Of a stretch of 64,000 bases of DNA, positions 26,547 through 38,877 are shown in pieces. A model generated the notes under the pieces. That model was given only the letters and a program-made list of their open reading frames with translations, was not told the DNA's origin and ran no database searches. Source of the stretch: Moniliella sp. 'wahieum' (taxonomy: Eukaryota). Within the stretch, counting starts at the first letter, position 1, and the number at the start of each line of letters is the position of its first letter. The DNA lies in the NCBI GenBank assembly GCA_003971905.1, contig RSEE01000008.1, positions 992,001 through 1,056,000 on the forward strand. Reading direction: 5' to 3'. Both the position numbers and the translations under genes were made by a program.

Positions 26547-28317
26547 AGATGCCAATGCACGGATGCGGGTGCTGGGCGGGTCGACTTCCATCCAACTCCA
26601 CCTCTGGCCGGCGGGAGGGGCAGGCGGGGAGTGTGAGGGCTGCGTAATTGCGCATGTCGTGCCCCTTAGTCTGGAGCGGCGGGCCCCGTGCCAAGAGAGG
26701 CTGGGGTGGCGCATTGGCCCGCAGGACGCTATCTGTGGCAGGCAGCGCTGGGCCAGCGGACGTGCGGCTGGCAATGCGCCGAGCGAGAGTGGCTGAATCG
26801 ACGCGGTAGCTTTGCGGGAGGTCCTGGCCACAGTGTTGCACTGCCCCCCCAGGGCGAAGGCGAAGCCCACGTATGTACCGTCCGAGGCTGCGGCGCTGAG
26901 GCACTGGGGGGGTGACGCATCTGGCCCGTGAGGTGTGGCGTAGGACACTGCGGTCCCAGCCGACCCGCCTACCCCAGCCTTCACACCCACACTTGGGTTC
27001 CTGACGGCACAGAGTGGAGCACACTGGCTTGGACCCGCCCACACAGGCTGGGTGCGATTAGTTGTCCTTCGACGGTGTGCCTGGCGTGCCAGAATTCAAT
27101 ATTCAGCGCGCTTTGGCGCTTCAAGCTTCAGCGCCTTCAAAGCTTCAGCGCTCTGCTTCAGCCCCAAGTCTCACGCCCGCCTCCTCCTTCTGGCCCTGTT
27201 GATATCTCGATAATCGATAGTCGCTCATCGCTAATCGACCATTCCACGACAAAGGCGCACGAGCGCCGCTGCCCCTAGCCGACTCTCGGCGCTCTCGGCC
27301 GCGACGCTCAGCCACTGCAACTCAGTTACTCCGGACGCTAGTGCACTCAGTACGCACTACACTCTTCAGTTCGTGCTCCCGTGTTTTAGACAACTGGTGT
27401 ACACGGCGCGCCTCGAGGCCACTGTCGGCTCTCCACCCTCCATTCCCCCCACCCCCACCCCCACCCTCCACCGCTCTCGGATCTCGACGGGCTCAGCCTG
27501 AGCGCTGACACTCACCCAAACCAAGTCAGGCACATCACGCCGTCAAAATCTTCGAGCTTCAATCTTCAATCTTTTTCAATGCCTCGGGCCCTCACGTCCT
27601 CGGGACTGAGTTACTAGTTGCTAGTTACTGGGGGGGTCCCCCCTTCGCGTCTCTGATGCATGACAGATCTGCATCATCCTGAGGCCTGATGCACCTGAGG
27701 CCTGGGCCTGATGCTTGTTGAGGTCCGAGACACCCTGATCCCCTGACTCAGGTCGCTTGAAGCTCGCCTACTGAGGGCGTGAGGCCTGGGGCCCTGAGGA
27801 CCGGATGGCATGACTGGCGAGGGCGGGAACAATCTGAGACCCCTTCTGGTCATTGAATATGGACTCCAGCGGAGAGATGGGAGACACGGGCGGGTGTGAA
27901 AAATTGAAACATGGGTCATGGCGGGATTGGAAAATGGGTAGATGGGCTGGATAAGCGGAGTGGGGCTGAAGAGGCCGGTGGCAGAAACCCGACGCTTGTG
28001 GCGACAGGCATTTGGGGCTGCAACCCACGCCTCACCGTCTGGCCTCTTACTCCATAACCGCCCCTTCGCTTCGGCCATGCCCCTGCGCATGGGACGCATG
28101 ACTGTTATCCGTCACCTGGCTCGTTCGCCGGCAAAAGAAGCTTCGCATCATATCAAAGCGCCGCCCATGGCCCCATCTCAGATCTCACGTCTCGAGAGGT
28201 TCCGGCTGATGGGTCCGGGATGCGCACCACCCTGTGGCCTGGCTACTGATGACTGACGACTGCCACCAAACCTATACTCATCCTCATCGCGCAATGCATG
28301 TCCATTTGGTTCTCGCA

Positions 28318-30100
28318 TCAATCACTGTCACTGTCCGAAGAGTCGTCGCTCTTGCCCCCTCCTCCGACAGCAGCCACGGCAGGTGCTTTCTTCTTGGCGC
28401 GCTTGTCCCACAGGTGCATGGCACCGTTCGTTGCAATCCTCTGGGCCACGTCTTTGCTCAGCGCGTTGGCGCTCAGTTTGGGGGACTTCCAGCTGATCCT
28501 CAAGTCCATGTGCGGCTTGTGGTGTGGTGGACTTCGCATAGCGTATTCGTTCAATACCAGCCGCTTCCCGTTCTTGGCTTTAAAATGAGACGCCGCCGGG
28601 ATGAAGTACTCAATCGCCTCGTTCTCCCCCGAGATCGGGTCCTTCTCGTAGTTGTGCACCAGTACTTTCTGGCCGTCCTGCTCTATCATGCACTTCTTGG
28701 TGCAGGCGTGCTGGAGAGGCGCCTCGCTGCCAACATCCTGTGGTGAATGTCCCAGTGTCAGTACTTGATGAGCAATCGTCACGCAGCCGGAGGATTCAGC
28801 ACTCATCGGTGCTCACCGTCAATAGGGCAAACTCTTCAGGAGCATCACCATCATCGAGTTCGCGGACAATGCGGCAGCCTGAGCGATGCGTGCTACCCGT
28901 GATGATGTACGGCCTGTACCCGACCCAGGCAGCCTTCTCATCCAACGGATCGCGCCCAATCCGGAGGATTTTGCCAATAACAAAGTCGGCGGACGCGCTG
29001 TACTCGGCCGACTTCTGGCCGATCGTCACGTTCATCCCCACACGGATCATCTCCCCTGTAGCGATAACAGCCGCCTTGCCCACCAGGTACTGCGCCCGCA
29101 CCTTGACACGGTCCGCCAACTGGAAACGACCCAGCTCCTCGTCGGTGAGGTTGTTGCAACCCACCGAGGATTGGTTCTTGGCTGGGGCCAGCACCACTCG
29201 TGGAATCGCCATGCCATCAGAGTTGTAGTCGGGCTCTTCCTTCCCTTGCTCCAGCACCCCGGGAGGAGCCCCAGGCCGATCCACCACCGAGCCGTCACTA
29301 GACACATCGTACCCCGGTGAAGAGTGGTGCAGAATCTTCTCTGCGACCATAACGTTGTACAAGGTGTCACGCGGGAGGTTCTGGAAGTTGCAATGGGCAA
29401 CGGACGCACGGATGTGCTTCACGCGACCCTCGAATCTGGCAGAGTCCGTGTTCTGGAGAGGGCCGAACAATTTGAGCGCATCAGACGTATGCGCCAGGAG
29501 GAGATGGAGCTTCGGTCGTCGCGACCATGGCGCTGTCGGGGCCGAGTCTCGAAAGGCGTTCGATCAGTCGGTATGCAGTCTGGGTCGCCCGGTACTATTC
29601 CAGCCATAACAGGCATGTCAGCGTCTAAACCCGTATATCAACCAAGGCTGTGGGACGTACCATGAACTGCGCCCTGGCCTGCCCGGCAGCCGGGTACCAT
29701 GTCCTGGAAAGCAAACCATGCAGGTCGGCTGCCGCGACGATAGCGTCATAAAGCGGAACCGGAAACGTGAACTCCTTCTCATCGTTGGCCTCTTTTTTCC
29801 GGTCTCGAGGATGGGGAGTGCCGCGAATGGGAGAGCCACAAGCATAGAGCGCACATCCTTCCCAACCCCAGTCTTTAGGTTAGCCAACAAACCCCTAGCT
29901 CGGATATTGGTGCCCTCTGCGCCAGGGATGCCCTCCGTGTTGAGATCGCTGATGAATATCAGTCTCTTGGTTGCGGATTTGCTCGACACGCTCATTCGGG
30001 GCGCCGAGCGGGTTGTCATGCGCCCACGGGCGGCAAAGGACACGCCCGTGGGCTCTTGAGGGTGGTCCATAGGAAACACTGGGCTACGTCTGGCATAAGT
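28318..30100 (-). mobile_element. Degenerate or domesticated CMC/Plavaka-like (basidiomycete DDE) transposase, C-terminal part
   Basis: Across frames: LNTEGIPGAEGTNIRARGLLANLKTGVGKDVRSMLVALPF, then RPKLHLLLAHTSDALKLFGPLQNTDSARFEGRVKHIRASVAHCNFQNLPRD. These match the GL..IRA..L.GK.F..PF and PK.H.L.H..FGP..FE..IR..S.H.N..P.RD signatures of this family. No TIRs found. Confidence 0.65.
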
Positions 30101-32738
30101 CGTCCTCGGCCATGGTAGTGTCTACAGGCGAGGAGGCACGGGAAGCACAGGGGAAGGCGAGCATGCGTCAGGTGGCTGGGGCATGCTCGCATCTTCGGCC
30201 ACCTCGTCAATGGCGTGATTGGCCCCCATCCTCGCACCCAGCACCACGTTTTGGCTGTACCTGCGCACCTTCGTGTGCTTGAGTGCATGAAACCGGACAT
30301 CGGTCGAACTGGGCAAGCAGGGAACTGGTACAGCAACCTCTCGTCCTGCTTCATCGTGAACCAGGCCGCGGGAAAAGGTACAGCAGATGCGTCTGTCCTA
30401 TTGTGCACGCGTGCGGCTCGTTCCATCGGTCGGCATTTTGGTGAGCCGACGTCGAAACATGGCGGTGGCGACTTGGTAAAACTATGGGCGAGATGGGTTG
30501 TACATATGATATGGATTGCTGGGTGCTTTTTTTGTCACAGGTCCGGCAGACGATCGCGGCCCTCTCTAACCTTAACCCTTGTCCCCTCTAACATTAAAAC
30601 TTGCCCCCTCTCCCAGAGACGCACGCTCTCCCGCTTCGTTGATGCTCTTCCAAGGCGTATTACATTCGTGATCCCCTATCTGAAGATGAGAGTGGAGCAG
30701 TCCAGATGGCCACCCTGATGGGTGATGCGGTAGCACTATAGTGTTGGCAGTGTGATGGTCGAATACGCCAGCCAACGACACGCCTAATGCAAGGGAGCAT
30801 GAAAGAGCACAGAGGCTATATACCTTAGGGCTGCGGAGATCATGGACAAAGCCAACACAAAAGCTAAATGGAATGGTTACAACACCGGAGCTCCTTCACC
30901 TCGATCAGGGACGATAGCCCCTGGTCGAAACACACAGACCATACTGATGCGGTTCGTCTCACCGTATATCGCAAGCACTTTGGTGCATCTTGCGTGAACG
31001 TTGAACATAACAAGTCACAAGGCGACCACCGGGCCTACGGCCCGGGCAGCTGGGGCTTCGCCCCAGCTTGTAAAAAGTCATGTGGTGCCCATTCACTTGA
31101 AGCTTGACGTAACACTTGATGTAACACCATAGGTCACTAGTCACTAGTAAAGCTCAAGTGAGGATAATCGTGACCTGTATAGCGATTCACCCGGTTATGG
31201 AGACCGCAATGGATGCTGAAGCGTTTGGGACAGTAGCGTAGGCGATCGATTGCGGGCGAGAGATAGGCGTTGGTGGTAGGAAGCAGGACGAGGGCTACTG
31301 GACAAGGCTACTAGTCGTTGACTTACGCGCGCATCAGCAATCTTCGGGGAGCCCTTGGAGTCTCGGGGCTAGAGAGGCCGCAAGTGCGCCGCGTTCGATG
31401 AAGCCAGTCACCGTCGAAACAGACAACTAGTACCACAGCAAGTCGCAAATAGGCAAAGTCAAAATGGCGCTCTTGATTGAGATGATTAGACCCTCGAACA
31501 CTGCTGCAGGGGGCCGCTAGTGTTGAGGCGTTAGACATATATACTATAGCTTACCTAGGCCCCTGGCGTGGCCCAGATTGGCCTGTGCGCACAGATTGGC
31601 TGCGCCACACGCGCGCCTCCTTTTAACCTCCTGCTCCTCTGTGGTTGCATCCTGTCTCTTCACCACCGCCCCTCTCATTGCGCCCGTAGCAACCAGTATC
31701 CCATCTCTGCAGCCAACACATCGCAGAGTGCTCTGTGCCACGGCGCAAAAGCACCATCTTCTTCCCCTGGCCATCAATATCACCATCGTTGCTGCTTGCA
31801 CCTCTCCCGCCACACTCCGTCCTCCTCGCCTCGTCAGTATCGCTGTTGGACGCCCCCTCTGCCTCTCGCCCCGTCCCCCTCTCACTGTCTGCATTGCTTT
31901 TGTCGTACGTGTTCTTTTGCCCGCCAGAGCTCTGTTGCTGACCCCGCCTACACAGACTCCCCCTCGCGGGTCATCTTGCCCTCGTTTCACCTCTGGTCCG
32001 CAGTGTCATCGTACGTGCCCGCTTCCTCCGCATTCCCCTCACTTCTGCTGACCTTGTGGGTCGCATGCGTGACGTGCATGCACCGTTTCGCTCGCCTTCG
32101 GCCCACCCTTGTCCGTCTTCTCACTTTTTGACTCGACTGTGGTTCTCTCGCTTGGCTGGTCTGCCTTTTGCTATCGTACGTCCCCCGTACTTCGCGCTTG
32201 AAGTTATATCCTGCCCACTGACACTGTCTGCCCAGCTGCTGCATGCACGGAATCCCACCGGTTGGTTCATCTCGCCTTGCTCGCCTCAACTCACCTGACC
32301 TGTTTCGCGGTCGTAAGTCCCTGTTATATGCCAACGCTGTTCCTAACCTTGTTCGCCCTATCAGTGTACATTCCGACTTCATCCCGCTTGCCCTCGCTAC
32401 TGGCCGTCTTCATCGCCTGACCCGTGAGTCCGTCGCACATTTTCTGTGTCTCTCGCTAACCCTATGCTGCTGCTGACTTGGCCAGCGTCTCCCTAGTGCA
32501 CACTCCCCTCACACTAACCTGCCACTTTTTGAACCGCTCGCTGCTCTACTACGTTGTGGTGCTTCCGTCTGACGTCACACCTAACAGTGGTTGCCGTGTC
32601 ATCGCTTCCCAGCGATCTTCGAATGCATTCTATACCTAAAAAATACCTACCCTGCCTATAAATCTAGTAGTTCTGGATCGATGCCAGCCCCATCCAACCA
32701 GCCGGTTAGAAAGCCTACAAGCACGCATCCAATCAACA

Positions 32739-32906
32739 GCTAAGCGTTTGGGCGCATTTGGGCTAAGCGCTTGAGCGCATGTGGCCAAAGCCATTGAACG
32801 CATGTGGCCAAAGCGCTTGATCTCATGTGGTCAAAGCGCTTGATCTCATGTGGCCAAAGCGCTTGATCTCTTGGGCCAAAGCGCTTAACCTCATGTGGCC
32901 AAAGTG
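32739..32906. repeat. 23-bp minisatellite, about 7 copies
   Basis: Consensus CATGTGGCCAAAGCGCTTGATCT in head-to-tail copies, more diverged toward the left end. Confidence 0.9.
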
Positions 32907-33598
32907 CCAAGGTAATATTCGTAAAAATTTACTCATTTTTGGGTGATGTGGTCATCTAAGCAAAATATTAATTTTTCACCAGCGCCCGTGTCGTTTGCGT
33001 CAAGCCGTGCCCGTCTTTCCCACATCAGCGGGCAAAAAGGAGCAGAAAAAGATGGCCACCCAGTGATGACCTAGTCGAAAATGGAAGCCAGAATGTGGGG
33101 CAGAGAAGTAGTTATCTTTTTTCGTACTTCGCCTCATTTTTTGAAGAATTAAGTGGCAGGTATCACTTCCCCTGTTCATAGCAACTGCCCGCCACAGCGA
33201 CGACATGTGGCTACTCCCCCGTTCTAATAAGACGTGGAGAGTATCGCAGTGAGCAATATTTAGTACCTGTGTTGCAACAGAAAGCAGCTCCTTCTTTTCG
33301 ACCCAAACATGGCTCATTTGCTGGGTGGGCCCAAGAAGATGAGGCCCGGCAAGCAATACCATAAGATTGAGACTGTTCTTCATGCGTTTCAACAGCTGGT
33401 GAAGACGTTGTGCACCCTGCTCCACCCTCTTCCCTCTACTCTCCCGCCGCACATTTTCAACTGCTTACTCGAGTTACCCTTCAACTACCTAGTGCACCGT
33501 AGAACCTGTCCATATCAAACACCACCGTCCCTCCGCCCTCTTCTATAACGAAAACAGCGTAAGATGCTTTTTAGACCTGCCTTGCTTCGACAGCGGCA

Positions 33599-35078
33599 TC
33601 ATCGCTTGCGGCTCTTGGATGTGCTGGCAGCTTTCGTAAGCTCCTTGTTGCGCGCTGTACGCATGCGCGCCAAGAACTTCAGCACCTGTGGGTCACTCCC
33701 TTTTACATCCGGCGAAACCGGCGTGCCAACCAAGGTCGGGTCTACGCCAGCCGGCCACCACTGCGTTGTCGTCTTGGAATCCTCCGAACGGGTTTCCTCG
33801 CTTGCCCCCAATCCCACGCGATGCCACAGCTCGTAGTTGCTCAGGATTTCGGAAATCACCTCCTCCACCACGGGCCACGCCACATTCATCCCTGCCAGCA
33901 CCGTCAGGCCATCTCCCGGCGGCTGGGGATGGCTGCCCCCTTCCTCGGCTCCCGCCACATTCAGCGCTGTGGTTTTGCGGTCCCGTGTCCGGACTGCCAT
34001 TGCGACTGCTGAGGAGCGAGCCTTGTCCTCGTCATGATTGGTCTTAACCTCTGCCCAGGCCGAGGCAATCGTCTCCTCCAACGTCTTGTCTCTCGCGTGC
34101 TGCCAACGTGCCCGGAGTAGTCGCATTCCTTTTGTTGAGTCCAACACCTTTTTGCACACAGGGTCATATGACAGCATGCTCAGCATTATGCATGCAATGG
34201 CAATCGCATACGGCGGATAAAGGAGACACGTGTCAAAGCGGTAAATGTCGTTGAGGATAAACCTGCTCGCTAGAGTTAGTAGGCAAAAAGCCAGCCACTG
34301 GGGAACAATGCGTACCAAGCATGCATCAACAACTGATCATCCAGCTCATCCATGCGCAAATCTCCACGGTAAAGGCCCGAATAATCAGGTGCATCGCCCA
34401 CCGATGAGGCTGTGCCCTCGCCCCAGGAGGCCGTGGGGGTTCGCTCCCCCGCTTCCCCCGCTCGTCGTCGCTTGCGGTCTTGAGCTCTGTCCTCACCTGG
34501 GGAACGAAAGGAGCCAAGTTGTTCGGCGATATGAAGCAAAGTTCGATAGGGATGGTGCACAACCAGGTCAAACTCCAGCTCTTCCAAGAGGTAAAACTCC
34601 ATCTTGGCAATCTCCCCCGTAGAAAGCGAATGCTTATACCTCGTCTCGTGTCCCGTTTCAAACGACAAAAGTGCCCTTGAAGCTTCTCCTTGCAACATCC
34701 TCAGAGGTACCGGCGACTCCTCCACCTTGCTCGCCACATAGACACACGTAGCAATAACCAAGCAGGGGTCGGTGGCACAGTACGAGTTTTTGGAATAGAA
34801 GCGTTTGAGAAATACAGAAGCTGTAGCAGAAACCCTCTGGCGTAAGTTGAGCCGTTTACACAGCGACGAAATGGCGTTGGACATCCAGATGCTCAAGGAG
34901 CCTAGCTCAGCCGCCGTTGCGTACCGGCGATCCTCGGCGCGCGCCTGGGCAAGCTGGTGGCGAGTAAATACCCATCGTTGACTGAGTAGAGGGAGAGGGG
35001 GGGGAGGGGGTCAGTCATGGGTGAGAAAGAAGAAGATGAGAGCGTACGCTTTGTCGATGCCCAATAGTTGGCAGCCAT
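33599..35078 (-). CDS. SSN8: Cyclin C (Mediator kinase module)
   Basis: MAANYWAST, LCKRLNLRQRVSATASVFLKRFYSKNSYCATDPCLVIATCVYVASKVEESP, EMEFY-like KMEFYLLEELEFDLVVHHPYRTL, W|FILNDIYRFDTCLLYPPYAIAIA. Two introns. Confidence 0.95.
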
Positions 35079-35379
35079 GTGAGAGATGGTGGACAGAGAA
35101 AGCGAAGCCTTCGGTACGTCGTTGGCGAGTTGGCGAGAAATGCGGGAGGTCAAACGCGACCACGCATTGCAATGTTGATTAGCTCATCACGTGGGGCAAA
35201 TGATTGATTGGTACCCCTCTGTCCTGTGGTTGTTTACAACGGCCCATTGGTCCACCCGAATGAAGTGCTCATCGTACGACGAATAGCAGTGAAAGCGGCT
35301 CACCTCTAGTCCAGTTCGGGACCTCTCAGATCTCATGCCAAAAGGAAAGAGATGATGTTTGACCAATCCAAAAATTAAT

Positions 35380-35461
35380 CTCTCCGACCGGGAATCGAAC
35401 CCGGGTCTCGTCCGAACGTCCTGATGACAGGGACGTGTCATAGCCACTAAACTATCGGAGA
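35380..35461 (-). tRNA. tRNA-Asp (GTC) with a 10-nt intron at 37/38
   Basis: TCTCCGA-TA-GTTTAGTGGCTATGAC-A-CGTCC-CTGTCA-[TCAGGACGTT]-C-GGACG-AGAC-CCGGG-TTCGATT-CCCGG-TCGGAGA-G, followed by an ATTAATTTTT Pol III terminator. Confidence 0.93.
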
Positions 35462-35686
35462 TTGCTACTAAACAGCGGATTTCGATTTACATTCAAATGG
35501 TCACAACTGCATCGTTGCCTGCTTCTTATCTGCATCCTAGACTACTTTATCTTGATCCCCAGGGGAAAGCTCAGCTGTACTATCGGACTACTGACCCCCC
35601 TAAGCCGTGCGCAAGGAATGAAGAAGATGAATACTAGTATGATTGGCCAAACGTTCTTTTGACACCACCACGCACAACCATGTAAA

Positions 35687-37088
35687 TCATTCCTCCGAAG
35701 AGGTAACATGCACCTGCTCCTCGCTCACGCCGGAAGCGATGGCCAGAGCCGCTGGAGCATGTACTTCGGTCTGGGGCAAGGGGTGACCGAAATCGTCAAT
35801 GCCCAAGCTGGCCTGACGGAATTTCCAGACAATGCACAGGACCAGCAAGGAGCCTTGGAGGGTGCCCGTAAAGCAATACGCCAGCACGCTCGTCCAATTC
35901 ACCCCAGGCCGGAGTAGAAGACTGTAGATGAAAATGGCCGTGCCAGGGGTTTGAATGAGCATCGAGGGGATTGACAGCGAGCCCACAAGACGGGGTCGCG
36001 GTATAGCACAGTTGCGGCAGATACTGAGCTGCAGCCAAAACAGTAGCGGTGACCCCAAGGAAGGTCGCCCACCCATTTAGGAGCTTGACAGGGCCGATCT
36101 GGGACCCTGCTGGCGGCAATGGCTCCGGTTCAAACGCAGTGCCAGGCAAGGACAGTACGATGATCATGGTTACAGATCCCACAAAGAGCAAGTGAATAAG
36201 GCAGACCCATGCAAGGGCTGTAGCCAACCCCCACTCGTACGTCTTCGTCCGCCATTTGCTCCGGATCTCCTCTCTCCACAGACCAAACATACTTGACATA
36301 CCGGCCCGCGGGGGCTCAGCGATCGTCACCCGTTTCGGACCGGGGGCACGGACACCAGAAGCACCGATGGGAGCGAGCGCGCCATCGGCCCCTTGGCGCG
36401 CCGGGGCAGCGCTGGGAACCGAAGGCGGAGGGGCCACCACCCTCCCTGGCTGAGGTGCCTTCCACATCGGCCAGAAGGAAGGAACGAGCCGTGCAAACGC
36501 ACTACTGCTCACCTCCTCCTCTTCTGCGCGTAGTTCAGCATCAGTGAAGCGAGCAATGGTCGATTGCGTGGGGGCTGAATCGACCCCTGATTCAATCGCA
36601 CTCACCCCCTCTTCCTCGGAGAAGCCAGAGTCACCCTCCTCCTCTTCGTCGTTATCGGAGAGGGCCACCGCGTTCTCGTACCTCTCCTCCAGAGGATAGT
36701 AGTACAGATACAGTCCGAATCTTGGAGGCGTGTCAGTCAAGCGTCAGAAGAGGGAGAAAAAAGTGGGGAAGAAGGGAACGTACATGACCAACCCACTACC
36801 CATTGAAAACCAACTTGCAGGACACCCAGCAGGCCTTCTAAGCATAATCCCGCACCCAGCTGGGGGCAGCATTGCACCACCCCCCATTGCAGAGACAGCA
36901 CATTGAAGAAGCCCGAGGTGTGGGCCGTGACGCCGAGGAATAGGTACCAAGGCGAAAAGCCCAGGGAATTCTTCCCCCAAACAAACCGGAATTTGGGGGA
37001 CATACGAACAGGCGAGTCCGACTAGGAGGAATGCGCCCAAGAACGACCCGAACCTATCGTGCTCCACATGGCACTGGCCGGACGGCAT
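35687..37088 (-). CDS. PQ-loop repeat membrane protein
   Basis: First PQ motif GLACSYVPQ..KNSLGFSPWYLFLG, second AAQYLPQL..LVGSLSIPSMLIQTPG..LLVLCIVWKFRQASLGIDDFG. One intron near 36720-36782. Confidence 0.88.
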
Positions 37089-37485
37089 GCTGACTGGGCG
37101 GAGGTGGTTGTGGTCCAAACGTTTTGTCCTGGAGGCGCTTGAAGCTTCACGCGTCACGAGAGGGGGCTGAGTGGGAACAAGCGGCTTATGTCATCGTAAT
37201 TGGCAGTGCTAGTGATCCAAGTAATCCATCCACGCTTTAAAGCGCTGGCCAGATTATCGGTCTGACGCTGGTAGAATAGCCGTCTGTCGATCTACCGGCA
37301 ACCTATTTGGGCTACCATGGGGCTGGATGTCCAACGTCTATCAGAAACCAAAGCCATTTCACAATTCGAGGACCAGAAAGGCGGAGCAGGTTGTGCGCAA
37401 ACCAAGAATTCGGCAGAGTACACCCGGCCTTGGACGTTGGACTGGGGGACGGGCGCAACCCCAAGGAAGGATAGGTTGGAAGGAC

Positions 37486-37827
37486 TTATCCTCGTCGTGT
37501 TGGTGGCAAGGGCTCTGCCCGAATTGAAGTAAGGTCCGTAGTTCGGTCTTTTTCGACATCCAACTCGCCCACCAAAAGCCTGGCAACAGGATTGTCAGTC
37601 CACACCTGAGACAAGAAGAAGACGCCGACATACACTGCATCACCCCGGACAACATGGAGGCCCAGAGGTACCTCCTCCACAGGCTCGAGAGAAAAGATGC
37701 GCTCAACGCTGTCAGACAGGATGAGGCTTCCAGACGGGTCGTAACCCCGGAGCTGGCCGACGATCACCCTCCCATCCTGCATGACAAGCAGGACTTGCTT
37801 CTCAGTGTAGGACGTCAAGCCGCTCAT
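37486..37827 (-). CDS. LSM8: U6 snRNA-associated Sm-like protein Lsm8
   Basis: MSGLTSYTEKQVLLVMQDGRVIVGQLRGYD..LILSDSVERIFS..VEEVPLGLHVVRGDAV|LLVGELDVEKD..IRAEPL. 54-nt intron. Confidence 0.93.
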   Translation of the reverse strand: MSGLTSYTEKQVLLVMQDGRVIVGQLRGYDPSGSLILSDSVERIFSLEPVEEVPLGLHVVRGDAVYVGVFFLSQVWTDNPVARLLVGELDVEKDRTTDLTSIRAEPLPPTRRG

Positions 37828-38142
37828 GATTGGCGCTGGGCGTGCCGGAACACTGTGGTCGGGGGCGGATGCGAGGGAACCGAGGCGGTGGACCGAGCGA
37901 GGCGGAGAAGGGGAGGCCGGGAGGGTCGAGACAACACGAGCGTGGGTGACTTGGGGGCAGACGCGTCGCATCGCCCACGCCTGCAAAAACCCACCCGCCC
38001 GAGGAAGACAGCAAGGGTGTTGGTTGCTGACGTAATTCCAAGCCCACCTACGTGGAGCCAGCAACCGGTCTCGGCTCGGGCCGCTCGACACTTCTTCCCA
38101 GCCCCCACCTCCACCTGCTTGGGCCTGCAACCAGACCGCACG

Positions 38143-38877
38143 ATGAGGCGGCCAGCACCACTCTGCCTCCTCTTCTCGCTCGCGCTTGTCTTTCTGTGCG
38201 CATCCGTGGAGGCCATCAAGTTTGACCTCGTGGCCCAGCACGAGCCGGTGGAGAAGTGCATTTGGAACTATGCCCTGACCGACACCCTGGTCGTGGTGAC
38301 GATCAATGCGGTAACAGAGGGCAATGCGCAAAACTCGGCGGTGGATGTGCAGATTGTCGATGGATCGCAACACCACAACGTATATTGGTCCCAGCACGAC
38401 GTGCGGAGCGAAACTCGCATGGCAATCAACACCCATTCTACTTCGGATCTGGGCGTGTGCTTTGTCAACCGCCTGTCCAAGAGTATGTTACTCTTTTCAT
38501 CCGTCTCGCCTTCCATCATGAATCACTGACCCTTTTGATAAGGTGCACACGACGACCGCCGCCACGCGACGGTCACCACGATTGATCTGGACGTGGACAT
38601 TGGTGCTGAAGCATTGGACTACAATGCGCTGGCCAACCAAGAGTCTCTCTCGGGGCTCGAGACGGAGCTGCGCAAACTTGAGGCCGAGGTGGCTGAAATC
38701 CTCAACGAGATGGAATACCTCAAACGGCGGGAGCAACGAATGAGGGACACGAACGAGTCGACGAACCAACGGGTGAGGTCGTTCGCTTGGCTGACCATTA
38801 TTGGCCTGGTTGCTGTCGGGACTTGGCAGATTGTGCATCTGCGCAACTTCTTCCGCAAAAAGTATTTGATTGATTAA
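38143..38877 (+). CDS. ERV25: p24 family cargo receptor (p24delta)
   Basis: Signal peptide, GOLD domain (KCIWNYA..DLGVCFVN), DLDVDIGAEALDYNALANQESLSGLETELRKLE..MRDTNESTNQRV..WQIVHLRNFFRKKYLID*. One intron near 38483-38542. Confidence 0.93.

Noticed and set aside
27340..31525. CACTA...TAGTG terminal inverted repeats around the transposase relic
   Set aside because: CACTA and TAGTG words occur, but no pair extends into a matching TIR with a target-site duplication.
32739..32906. CRISPR-like array
   Set aside because: Head-to-tail repeats without unique spacers, eukaryotic context, no cas genes.
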